A stretch of 24,000 nucleotides of DNA from Aestuariivirgaceae bacterium. Lineage in GTDB: Bacteria; Pseudomonadota; Alphaproteobacteria; Rhizobiales; Aestuariivirgaceae. The notes beneath the pieces are model-generated. The model was not told the origin of the DNA. It saw only the letters and a list, made by a program, of their open reading frames with translations, and ran no database searches. The stretch spans positions 557,373-581,372 of the forward strand of contig OZ244154.1 in the NCBI GenBank assembly GCA_965216335.1. Direction: 5' to 3'. Positions 1-8,121 of this stretch are shown here, one piece after another. A program made the translations under genes and the position numbers. Each line of letters opens with the position of its first letter. Position 1 is the stretch's first letter.

Positions 1-2
1 AG

Positions 3-566
3 AACAAAGGCGACATGGACAATGCCGAGGCCGATTACCGCCGCGCCATTGAAAGGGCGCCCGGTACGGATGAGGCCCATGGCCGGCTTGGCTGGCTCCA
101 CATCGAAAAGGGCAAGTATGTCGATGCATTGGGATTCTGTGAGCGAGCCGTTCAGCTTGCGGGCCATGTATCCGACTATTACCTGTGTTCAGGACGCGCT
201 TGGGAGAACCTCCTGGAGCCGGAAAAGTCGCTCAAGCTGTACAACCGGGCAGTCCTGCAGGCGCCGGAGTTCGCGGACGGCTACCAAATCCGCGGTCTGT
301 TCAACCTTGGACAGGGCCAGTTTGCCGCCGCACGCCGCGACTTCACGCAGGCAATCCGGCTTGGCCGAGACGACTGGCACAACCGCATGCATCGCGGTGA
401 CGCCAACCGTCAGATGGGCTTGCATGAGGCCGCACTGCGAGATTTTCGCGAGGCCAGCAAATCCGCCCCGGATCACGCGATCGCCGGTATAGTGGCGGCA
501 ATTCGCAAGGCCGAGCGTAAAGTCAGTCGGCACAGCGGCGAGTTGGGATCATACCCTCAGCGATAG
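3..566 (+). CDS. TPR-repeat protein, 5' partial (continues upstream of the window)
   Basis: The frame is open from position 3 (NKGDMDNAEADYRRAIERAP). That already reads as the second half of a TPR helix pair, so the ATG at 15 is probably internal. Repeated A/Y/G-spaced 34-aa-like units follow (YNRAVLQAPEFADGY, FTQAIRLGRDD, ALRDFREASKSAP). Stop codon at 564-566. Confidence 0.8.
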   Translation, partial: NKGDMDNAEADYRRAIERAPGTDEAHGRLGWLHIEKGKYVDALGFCERAVQLAGHVSDYYLCSGRAWENLLEPEKSLKLYNRAVLQAPEFADGYQIRGLFNLGQGQFAAARRDFTQAIRLGRDDWHNRMHRGDANRQMGLHEAALRDFREASKSAPDHAIAGIVAAIRKAERKVSRHSGELGSYPQR

Positions 567-621
567 GGCGGCGCCTCAACCTGATTGAATGATAGTCTTT
601 CCGGCGCAAGGTGGAGTGGTG

Positions 622-987
622 CTATCGGGCGTTTGCAGCCAGCGCATCGAAGATCTGGGCGATATCGACGGGTTTCGAAAAGACCCCAAGCGCGCCGTTG
701 TCGACGGCCTTCTCGGTCAGTTCGTTCACCGAAAAGCCGGTCATCATGTAGACCTTGGCCTGCGGTTTGAACTTACGGATTTCCATCAGGCTGTCGACGC
801 CATTGCGTCCCGGCATCATGATGTCCATGAAAGTCAAGTCGAAATCTTCAGTCTGCGCGGTGCGAATGGCGTTGTCGCCGCTGTAGATGGCAACTGCATC
901 GTGACCTTCCATTTCGAACAACTCGGCAAGGGAGTCCGCAGCATCCGCGTCATCGTCGACGACCATGATCTTGAGGGCCTGAGCCAT
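622..987 (-). CDS. Single-domain CheY-like response regulator receiver
   Basis: Receiver motifs are present: KIMVVDDD acidic pocket, phospho-acceptor D in FMDIMMPG, T in YMMTGF, K in FSKP. There is no output domain. I prefer the ATG at 987 because a GGAG sits about 8 nt upstream; the ORF track starts at the ATG at 1005. Confidence 0.9.
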   Translation of the reverse strand: MAQALKIMVVDDDADAADSLAELFEMEGHDAVAIYSGDNAIRTAQTEDFDLTFMDIMMPGRNGVDSLMEIRKFKPQAKVYMMTGFSVNELTEKAVDNGALGVFSKPVDIAQIFDALAANAR

Positions 988-1155
988 CAGAAAAACTCCG
1001 CGCATCTAGAGTGTTTAGGGCGGCAATCGCATCGATTTCCGCTTCAGCGAACCGATTGTTCACCCAAACAGTAGATCACAGGGCAGTTAATGGAGAGTTG
1101 CCAGATTTGGTGCGGGCCGACCAATGGCGGTGCGCCTCAAGCCGGCGTCTTGAAG

Positions 1156-1977
1156 CTACAAGCCAAGCGATATTGCTGAGTCGATGATCGCAAAGTAACC
1201 GTTGCGCAGCCGGTATCCATGCGACACGAACAGGTGATCTCGGGCATCGCTCAATTCGCCGTCGCGCGAAACAAAGCTGGCATCGCGCAATGGCTCGGTG
1301 CGCAGGTAGAGACGCTGAATTTCCGTTCCACCACCATCGTCGCTGTCGTGCAGGATCAGTGTGTTGCGTTCAGGATCGCCGTTCTCATCGACGCCGTAAC
1401 CGGCAACTGTCACCATGTGACCGGCGACCCGGACATACTGTCCAGGCAGCTTGCCTTCAACATAGAACCCAATCCCGAGCCACAAGGCGTTGCCATCATC
1501 GAACTGATCGATGATCCAATCGAGTGATGGGATGTTCCCGCCGCCGCCAAACCGGGATGGCATTTCCCAGCGGCCGCGAAAGTCCAAACTGGCACGATAG
1601 CCTGCTTCTTCCGCGTAGTTCTCAAGCCCGGCCAGAAAACGGCCATTGGTCGTACCGCCCTTGGGAGCGGTGGACATGAAGTCTGGCTCTCCGAGGGTTC
1701 TGGCAACGGTTGCAACCTTTTCGATCGTCGACAGGCCACGCACGGGCAACAGCCGGGAAAAGCCGCGCCGTTCAGCCAGCCATACCAGAGCATTGGCCGC
1801 AGCGACCGGCGCACAGTACATGCGGCCGCCGTTCGGCAGGCCGAGTGCCGGATCGGTCTGTGTGAAATCGGGCATCTCGTCTAGACGGAATGTGTCATAC
1901 GTTGCCGCCGGCGCGGGCGATGCGAGGATGCCTGCCAGAGCAAATGTGGCTAGCGCGGCATTTCTGACAGATTTCAT
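1156..1977 (-). CDS. Secreted papain-fold (C39/C1-like) cysteine peptidase candidate
   Basis: N-terminal signal peptide (MKSVRNAALATFALAGILASPAPAA). Candidate catalytic Cys in RMYCAPVAAANALVWL, His in VAGHMVTVAGYG, and Asp in LILHDSDDGG. A GGGAGGG RBS lies 5 nt upstream of the ATG. The function is inferred from motif spacing only. Confidence 0.6.
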   Translation of the reverse strand: MKSVRNAALATFALAGILASPAPAATYDTFRLDEMPDFTQTDPALGLPNGGRMYCAPVAAANALVWLAERRGFSRLLPVRGLSTIEKVATVARTLGEPDFMSTAPKGGTTNGRFLAGLENYAEEAGYRASLDFRGRWEMPSRFGGGGNIPSLDWIIDQFDDGNALWLGIGFYVEGKLPGQYVRVAGHMVTVAGYGVDENGDPERNTLILHDSDDGGGTEIQRLYLRTEPLRDASFVSRDGELSDARDHLFVSHGYRLRNGYFAIIDSAISLGL

Positions 1978-2099
1978 CTGACCCTCCCGGAGAAAAATTT
2001 CCCGAGAGGTTAGTTCATGTGGGTGAAATCGTGGCTAAGACGACCGGTAAAATTATATCGATTCCCGGTCAGTCAGCGTACTGAGAATCGAACCGTGCC

Positions 2100-2807
2100 T
2101 TACCAGCTCTGCGTCTCGCCCTGGAAATAGTAACCGCCGGACGGGCCGCCGGGTTCCAGCGTTGCCGCCCACACCAGACCTTCTGCGCTTTCTTCCGGTT
2201 CCAGGTTGGCCGCAGGGCCGCCCATGTCGGTCTTGACCCAGCCCGGGTCAATTGAATTGACCATGATGCCACGGTCGGCAAGCTCCATTGCGGTCAAACG
2301 GGTAAGCGCGTTGAGTGCCGTCTTGGAGGCTCGGTAGCCGAACGAGCCGCCCGCCATGCGGGACAGGCTGGCCATACTGGAGGAGACGTTGATGATGCGG
2401 CCGTTGTCCCTGATCATAGGCGCCAGGGCCCGGGTCAGCCGCCACGGACCGAACGTGTTGACATTGAAGGTGTCGAGCACCGCTGAGGCGCTGCCGGCCA
2501 ACACCGATCCGCCCTCCGGGGCATCCTTTTCCGGATAGATGCCGGCACAGTTGATCAAAACGTCGATGGCGTCCGTCTGGCCCTTGAGCCAGGTCGTGAA
2601 GGCTTCAACGGAAGCATCGTCGCCCTGATCGAGGGCATGGCCGGCAACCGTGTACCCTTCACCTGCCAACGCGCTGACTGCGGCATCCGCGCGCTCCTGC
2701 CGGGTGCCGGTGATGATGAGGCGGAAGCCCCTGGCGCCGAGTTGGCGAGCGGTTTCCCGGCCGATACCGCGTGTCGCACCGGTGATTACAGCAATCTCAG
2801 TCGTCAT
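2100..2807 (-). CDS. Short-chain dehydrogenase/reductase (classical SDR, carbonyl-reductase-like)
   Basis: N-terminal TGxxxGxG (ITGATRGIGRE), NCAG motif, and catalytic S...YRASK. Confidence 0.9.
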   Translation of the reverse strand: MTTEIAVITGATRGIGRETARQLGARGFRLIITGTRQERADAAVSALAGEGYTVAGHALDQGDDASVEAFTTWLKGQTDAIDVLINCAGIYPEKDAPEGGSVLAGSASAVLDTFNVNTFGPWRLTRALAPMIRDNGRIINVSSSMASLSRMAGGSFGYRASKTALNALTRLTAMELADRGIMVNSIDPGWVKTDMGGPAANLEPEESAEGLVWAATLEPGGPSGGYYFQGETQSW

Positions 2808-3007
2808 CTCGTGTCCCTTCCAGCAGTCCTGACTTTATTATTCGCACAGCAGTCGTCCAGGGTTTTGCGTTCACCCGCCGCTACGGTGCCAGACGTGCAG
2901 GCGTAACAGATCACGTCGAGACCGTCGTCCGGCATAATCGCAGCCGCGGCCGTTGCGGCCGGCGTCGTAGCGCGCCTGCCATGTGCGTGAACGGGCGATT
3001 TGGTGTC

Positions 3008-3019
3008 GTGAACGTTCAC
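3008..3019. promoter_or_regulatory. Perfect 12-bp palindrome GTGAACGTTCAC, candidate operator in the SDR/crcB divergent region
   Basis: Read directly from the sequence. A CGTGAACG half-site copy lies about 20 nt to the left (2985-2992, gcGTGAACGgg), and CATGTG/CACATG flanks sit at 2981-2986 and 3017-3022. The palindrome is about 86 nt upstream of the crcB ATG. Confidence 0.3.
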
Positions 3020-3104
3020 ATGTACCGACGCTAGCATGCTGCCCGGCCACCGCCAATCGCGTAATGCATTGCCTGTGTCCGGTGCCGGGGCTATACCGGC
3101 GCGC

Positions 3105-3485
3105 ATGCCAATGATTGTTTGGGTCGCAGCAGGCGGCGCCATTGGGGCTGCCGGACGGTATCTGGTGAATGTTTGGACGGGACGGCTGCTTGGCGCCGGT
3201 TTCCCCTGGGGCACGCTCACGGTCAACATCCTCGGCTCTCTGCTCATGGGTGCCTTGATCACCTTCATGGCGCTAAAATGGTCGACCAGCCAGGACATGC
3301 GTGCCTTCCTGACCACCGGTGTGCTCGGGGGCTTCACGACGTTTTCCGCGTTTTCACTCGATTTCGCCACACTCTATGAGCGTAAGGAGTTCGGGCTGGC
3401 CGGGCTTTACGCCGCCGGTTCGGTTGGCGCTTCACTGATTGCGATCTTTGCCGGCATGGCGCTGATGCGGGCGGTGTTGTCATGA
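3105..3485 (+). CDS. crcB: Fluoride ion channel CrcB/FluC
   Basis: Small four-helix membrane protein with family hallmarks: GGAIGAAGRY, FPWGTLTVNILGS, GVLGGFTTFSAFS. Start chosen at the ATG at 3105 (MPMIVW). The longer ORF from 3036 adds a non-hydrophobic, R-rich leader. Confidence 0.9.
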   Translation: MPMIVWVAAGGAIGAAGRYLVNVWTGRLLGAGFPWGTLTVNILGSLLMGALITFMALKWSTSQDMRAFLTTGVLGGFTTFSAFSLDFATLYERKEFGLAGLYAAGSVGASLIAIFAGMALMRAVLS

Positions 3486-4459
3486 GCGGTGTTGCCCGCC
3501 ACAGAGTCAAGCGCGATGAGGCCGGCATCCGCGTCGACCGCTGGTTCAAGCTCAACTATCCGCAAGTGCCACACGCGCTGCTCAACAAGCTGTTGCGCAA
3601 GGGCGAGGTGCGGATCGATGGCGGACGCGTGAAGGCCAATGCCCGGCTCGCCGAGGGCCAGGAGATCCGCGTGCCGCCATTGGTGGATGGGGCAGGGCGC
3701 CCGGCACCGGCTGCCAGACCGCTGTCGGACAAGGACCGGCGGTTTCTCGAAGGCTTGATCCTGTACCAGGACGAAGATCTGTTCGTACTCAACAAGCCCT
3801 CCGGAATTGCCGTCCAGGGCGGCAGCAAGACGCAACGCCACATCGACGGTCTGCTGGAGAGCTGGGGGCTTGAGCTTGGGGTGCGGCCACGGCTTGTGCA
3901 CCGGCTTGACCGTGATACGTCCGGCATCCTCGTTGTCGCCCGCAAGCGCCACGCGGCGGCCGAATTGGGCAGGCTGTTCGCCACCCGCTCGGTGCGCAAG
4001 ATCTACTGGGCGATCGTCGCCGGCGTGCCCGAGCCGCGCCAGGGCAAGATCGACCAGGCGCTCATCAAGAGTGGCAGGCCGGGCAACGAGCGCGTGCGCG
4101 CCGCGGACAAGACTGCTGAAGGGGCGCAGAAGGCGGTGACCCACTATGCGGTGATTGACACGGCGGGCAGGGCTTTCGCCTGGGTATCGCTCAAGCCGGT
4201 CACCGGCCGTCAGCATCAGTTGCGAGCCCACATGGCGCAGAGTGGGCATCCGATTGTCGGAGACAGCAAGTACGACGGAGACAAGCATGTACCGGCAGCT
4301 CTCGCCCGCCGCCTGCACCTGCACGCCCGCCGCATCAGCTTTCCGCATCCGCGCACCGGTGATATTGTAGACGTGACGGCACCGCTCAGTGAGGTGATGG
4401 CGGACAGCTTTGCGAGTCTGGGGTTCGATGCCGGCAGATATGACGGGTCCGCGTCGTGA
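3482..4459 (+). CDS. rluC: RluA-family 23S rRNA pseudouridine synthase (RluC-like, with N-terminal S4 domain)
   Basis: Catalytic motif HRLDRDTSGILVVARK. An S4-like N-terminus (RVDRWFK...LLRKGEVRIDG). The start overlaps the crcB stop as ATGA. Confidence 0.9.
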   Translation: MSGVARHRVKRDEAGIRVDRWFKLNYPQVPHALLNKLLRKGEVRIDGGRVKANARLAEGQEIRVPPLVDGAGRPAPAARPLSDKDRRFLEGLILYQDEDLFVLNKPSGIAVQGGSKTQRHIDGLLESWGLELGVRPRLVHRLDRDTSGILVVARKRHAAAELGRLFATRSVRKIYWAIVAGVPEPRQGKIDQALIKSGRPGNERVRAADKTAEGAQKAVTHYAVIDTAGRAFAWVSLKPVTGRQHQLRAHMAQSGHPIVGDSKYDGDKHVPAALARRLHLHARRISFPHPRTGDIVDVTAPLSEVMADSFASLGFDAGRYDGSAS

Positions 4460-5127
4460 AGCTGGTGGTGTTCGATTGCGACGGCACTCTGGTCGACAGC
4501 CAGAACATCATCTGCGCAGCGATGCAGCGAACGTTTGCCCGGTCAGGCCGCGACTGGCCGGGACGGACTGCAACCCTGTCCATCGTCGGCCTGTCGCTGC
4601 CGCAGGCCATGGCGCGGCTGGTGCCGGACGGCAATGAGACGCTGTGGAATGCGTTGGGCGAAACATACAAGCACGTGTTTCACGAGCTGCGCCAGGATCC
4701 CGCCAGCCGCGAGCCGCTTTTCGACGGGGCACATGCGATTGTCGAGGAACTATCCGGCCGGGACGACCTGTTGTTGGCCATTGCAACCGGCAAATCGCAG
4801 CGCGGCGTGCGCGCGGTCCTTGAACGTGAAGGTTGGATCGACCGTTTCATCAGCATACAGACGGCTGACGATGCTCCGTCCAAACCCCATCCGGCCATGG
4901 TGCATCAGGCAATGGGTGATGCAGGTGTTGCCGCCGCCGACACGATTGTCGTAGGCGATACGTCCTATGACATGGCCATGGCCAGGGCGGCCGGGGCAGG
5001 GGCCGTTGGCGTATCGTGGGGTTATCACGATGTAAGCCTGCTTGAAGCAGGTGGTTCGCATGTGATTATCGACACATTTCATCAGCTTACGGATGAGTTA
5101 CACCGACTATGGGAATTGGGATGGTGA
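4456..5127 (+). CDS. HAD-superfamily hydrolase (phosphoglycolate-phosphatase-like)
   Basis: Motif I VVFDCDGTLVDS, motif II IATGKS, motif IV VVGDTSYDMAMARAAG. The GTG start overlaps the rluC stop as GTGA. Confidence 0.85.
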   Translation: MKLVVFDCDGTLVDSQNIICAAMQRTFARSGRDWPGRTATLSIVGLSLPQAMARLVPDGNETLWNALGETYKHVFHELRQDPASREPLFDGAHAIVEELSGRDDLLLAIATGKSQRGVRAVLEREGWIDRFISIQTADDAPSKPHPAMVHQAMGDAGVAAADTIVVGDTSYDMAMARAAGAGAVGVSWGYHDVSLLEAGGSHVIIDTFHQLTDELHRLWELGW

Positions 5128-5882
5128 GCGAGAGTGAAGACGATAGAGCACGTCGGCTTTTGACAGGCGGAGAGAAATCTAAGCTGGCGAGACGCTTCTA
5201 CAAGAGCGCAGATGTTGTCGGTGAAGCCGCTCCATACAGCATTGTGTTGGATGGGCGCCCGATCCGAACGCCGATGAAGGCGAAACTCTCCGTTCCGTCG
5301 CGCGCATTGGCCGGGGCGGTATGCGATGAATGGTCGGCACAGGGCGAGACAATCGAACCGGCGACCATGCCCCTGACACGGCTGTCCAACACCGCAATCG
5401 ATCGGGTTCGTGAAAGCCGCGTGCGAATTGTTGCCGAGATCGCCGAGTTCGCCGGGTCCGACTTGCTGTGCTACCGGGCCGATGCCCCCGAAGGCCTGGT
5501 GCAGCGCCAGTGCGAAGTCTGGGATCCGCTTCTGGCATGGGTCGCGAGAGAACACGGCGCCCGCTTCATTTCCGTCACCGGTTTGATGCACGAGGTCCAG
5601 CCTGAACCGACCCTGAAGGCCATCACATTGTTCATGCAGGCGCGCGACGATTTTGAACTGACCGGCATTCACAATCTTACGACCCTGACAGGGTCTTGCG
5701 TGCTGGCCATGGCCCTGCATCAGCGGCACATAGCCGGTGATGATGCCTGGGCCGCGGCACATATCGACGAGGACTGGCAGATCGAACGGTGGGGACCAGA
5801 CGATGAGGCCACGGCCCGCCGCGAGGCCTACAAGCGTGAGTTTGACGCCACACTCGACTTTATGCGGCTGGCGATGAGCTGA
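5109..5882 (+). CDS. ATP12-family F1-ATPase assembly chaperone
   Basis: RRFYKSADV...VLDGRPIRTP...LSVPSRALAGAVCDEWSAQGETIEPATMPLTRLSNTAIDRV matches the ATP12 family pattern. It overlaps the HAD gene by 19 nt, or by 7 nt if the ATG at 5121 is used. Confidence 0.85.
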   Translation: MGIGMVSESEDDRARRLLTGGEKSKLARRFYKSADVVGEAAPYSIVLDGRPIRTPMKAKLSVPSRALAGAVCDEWSAQGETIEPATMPLTRLSNTAIDRVRESRVRIVAEIAEFAGSDLLCYRADAPEGLVQRQCEVWDPLLAWVAREHGARFISVTGLMHEVQPEPTLKAITLFMQARDDFELTGIHNLTTLTGSCVLAMALHQRHIAGDDAWAAAHIDEDWQIERWGPDDEATARREAYKREFDATLDFMRLAMS

Positions 5883-5933
5883 TACCGGTGTTAAGAATCC
5901 CGGGCACGATGGCGTGAGCGCAGGGAAAAGACC

Positions 5934-7466
5934 ATGCAAGAAATCCTGAAGGAACTGGAAGACCGGCGTGCGGAAGCCCATCTCGGCGGCGGTCAGCACC
6001 GGATCGATGCACAACACAAACGCGGTAAACTGACCGCGCGCGAGCGTATCCAACTGCTGCTCGATGAGGGTTCGTTCGAGGAATACGACATGTTCGTCGA
6101 ACACCGTTGCACCGATTTCGGCATGGAAAAAACCAAAATCCCCGGCGATGGCGTCGTCACCGGCTGGGGCACGGTAAACGGCCGTACCGTTTTCGTGTTC
6201 GCCAAGGACTTTACCGTTTTCGGGGGATCCCTGTCTGAAGCGCACGCCAAAAAGATCACCAAGATCCAGGATATGGCATTGCAGAACCGGGCACCTTGCA
6301 TCGGGCTGTTCGATGCCGGTGGCGCGCGCATTCAGGAAGGTGTTGCGGCACTCGGCGGCTATGGTGAGGTTTTTTTGCGCAATGTGCTGGCCTCGGGCGT
6401 CGTCCCGCAGATTTCGGTCATCATGGGACCGTGCGCCGGCGGCGACGTCTATTCCCCGGCCATGACCGACTTCATCTTCATGGTGAAGGATACCAGCTAC
6501 ATGTTCGTCACCGGGCCGGATGTCGTGAAGACCGTCACCAATGAGACGGTAACGGCAGAAGAGCTCGGCGGTGCCTCAGTTCATACAACCAAGTCGTCCA
6601 TAGCCGACAAAGCCTATGAGAACGATGTCGAAGCGCTGCTGCAGATGCGCCGGCTTATCGACTTCCTGCCGTCGTCCAACCTGGCGTCGGTTCCCGAGAT
6701 GCCGAGTTTTGACGATGGCGACCGGATCGAACCGTCTCTCGACACGCTCATCCCGGCCAACCCAAACCAACCCTACGACATGAAGGAACTGATCACAAAG
6801 GTCGCCGATGAGGGTGATTTCTTCGAGATTCAGGAAGCGTTTGCCGGCAACATCGTGACGGGCTTTGCCCGGATGGAAGGCCGAACGGTGGGGATGATCG
6901 CCAATCAACCGATGGTTCTAGCCGGCGTGCTCGATGCCGATGCGTCGCGCAAGGCTGCCAGGTTCGTGCGGTTTTGCGACTGTTTCAACATCCCACTGGT
7001 GACGTTTGTCGATGTGCCGGGTTTTCTACCGGGTACGGCACAAGAGTATGGCGGGCTGATTAAGCACGGAGCCAAGCTGCTGTTTGCCTATGCCGAGGCC
7101 ACGGTGCCCAAGGTCACGATCATCACCCGCAAGGCATATGGCGGCGCCTACGACGTGATGTCGTCCAAACACATCCGCGGTGACGTCAATTATGCTTGGC
7201 CGACAGCGGAAATTGCTGTGATGGGATCGAAAGGCGCCGCAGAGATCATCTATCGCTCCGAACTGGGCGAACCCGAAAAGATTGCCGAACGTGTCAAGGA
7301 CTATGAGGCTCGCTTCGCCAATCCGTTTGTGGCCGCTGAACGCGGTTACATAGACGAAGTCGTCCCGCCGCGCGATACTCGGCGCCTTATTTCACGCGCC
7401 CTGAACATGCTGCGCAACAAGAAGACCGAGAACCCCTGGAAAAAGCACGATAACATTCCTTTGTAG
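5934..7466 (+). CDS. pccB: Propionyl-CoA carboxylase beta subunit / acyl-CoA carboxyltransferase
   Basis: The 510-aa length fits the family. So does the sequence: [91 protein letters not shown]. Confidence 0.95.
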   Translation: MQEILKELEDRRAEAHLGGGQHRIDAQHKRGKLTARERIQLLLDEGSFEEYDMFVEHRCTDFGMEKTKIPGDGVVTGWGTVNGRTVFVFAKDFTVFGGSLSEAHAKKITKIQDMALQNRAPCIGLFDAGGARIQEGVAALGGYGEVFLRNVLASGVVPQISVIMGPCAGGDVYSPAMTDFIFMVKDTSYMFVTGPDVVKTVTNETVTAEELGGASVHTTKSSIADKAYENDVEALLQMRRLIDFLPSSNLASVPEMPSFDDGDRIEPSLDTLIPANPNQPYDMKELITKVADEGDFFEIQEAFAGNIVTGFARMEGRTVGMIANQPMVLAGVLDADASRKAARFVRFCDCFNIPLVTFVDVPGFLPGTAQEYGGLIKHGAKLLFAYAEATVPKVTIITRKAYGGAYDVMSSKHIRGDVNYAWPTAEIAVMGSKGAAEIIYRSELGEPEKIAERVKDYEARFANPFVAAERGYIDEVVPPRDTRRLISRALNMLRNKKTENPWKKHDNIPL

Positions 7467-7583
7467 GATCAGCTGCTATCGCCGAATGCCGGTTGTGGTA
7501 TGCTTGTTGCACCAAAGGTTGCAGAGGGTATCCGCAGATGCCGCATGCGTAGTTCTGACACAAATTATGCCAGGGAAATCAGT

Positions 7584-8117
7584 ATGATCAGGTTCTTTCT
7601 TGGGACGGTCCTTCTATTGGCTGGTTCGCAGCTCGCTGCCGCGCAAGCCCAGGAGAAGCCGGAAGTCTATCATTCCTCCATTGATCCGAGCCCGGCCGAA
7701 GTTGCGCTGGCCACCGAATGCCGCAATGCCTTTGATCGCATGCAGGCGGTCAAGGACCAGATGACCGGAGTACGCGACGAACTGAATGACCTGTCCGCCA
7801 AGATGACGGAAACCGGGGGCAGGGTGGATGCTGCCGAGAAGGATTTCGACGGGAAGAAAGAGAAATCCAGCGAAAACCAGGCTGCCTACGATGCAGCGGT
7901 CAAAGCGCGTGAGCACTACCAGAAGATGGCGGCTGAGCACAATGCCCTGGTCGACAAGCAGATCGCTGCCACCGCCCGCCACAATGGTTTCGCCGATGAA
8001 TTCAATGATCTGAACACCAAGTACTTCAAGTCCTGCTCGGGCCGGAAGTTCAATGCCACGGCGGTCATCCTGACCTGCAAGGACGAGGAATCGCCTTGGT
8101 GCGATCTGTTGCGGTGA
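7584..8117 (+). CDS. Exported coiled-coil protein, unknown function
   Basis: The ATG at 7584 is preceded by AGGGA. Signal peptide MIRFFLGTVLLLAGSQLAAAQA. The charged, heptad-like central region suggests a coiled coil. There are four Cys residues. The stop is 4 nt before the yqjG-like start. Confidence 0.7.
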   Translation: MIRFFLGTVLLLAGSQLAAAQAQEKPEVYHSSIDPSPAEVALATECRNAFDRMQAVKDQMTGVRDELNDLSAKMTETGGRVDAAEKDFDGKKEKSSENQAAYDAAVKAREHYQKMAAEHNALVDKQIAATARHNGFADEFNDLNTKYFKSCSGRKFNATAVILTCKDEESPWCDLLR

Positions 8118-8121
8118 ACGG

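Noticed and set aside
2075-2100. tRNA-like T-loop string (minus strand GGTTCGATTC)
   Set aside because: The flanking bases cannot form the 5-bp T-stem (CACGG versus CTCAG). No acceptor or anticodon stems could be built around it.
2940-3104. Fluoride (crcB-motif) riboswitch expected upstream of crcB
   Set aside because: I compared the region by eye with the consensus as I remember it (GGnGAUGGnnUUCnnCC ... AACCGCC ... GCUnAUGAnnCCUAC). GGGCGAUUUGGUGU (2993-3006) and ACCGCC (3049-3054) give partial matches. However, the pseudoknot partner and the terminal CCUAC are missing and the spacing is wrong. A covariance-model scan is needed for a definitive answer.
2804-3370. 188-aa minus-strand ORF covering the SDR/crcB spacer and the first two thirds of crcB
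   Set aside because: Most of it is antisense to a well-supported crcB gene. Only its last ~50 codons (2804-2962) are discussed, as a low-confidence relic or uORF finding.
3407-4348. 313-aa minus-strand ORF antisense to the pseudouridine synthase gene
   Set aside because: Same reasoning. The plus-strand frame carries the HRLDRDTSG catalytic motif and S4 domain, while the antisense translation has no recognisable features.
5082-6245. 387-aa minus-strand ORF spanning the ATP12 gene and the start of pccB
   Set aside because: It is entirely antisense to two genes with strong family signatures. The translation is low-complexity and Arg/Gly/Pro-rich with no motifs. Long open antisense frames are expected in high-GC DNA.
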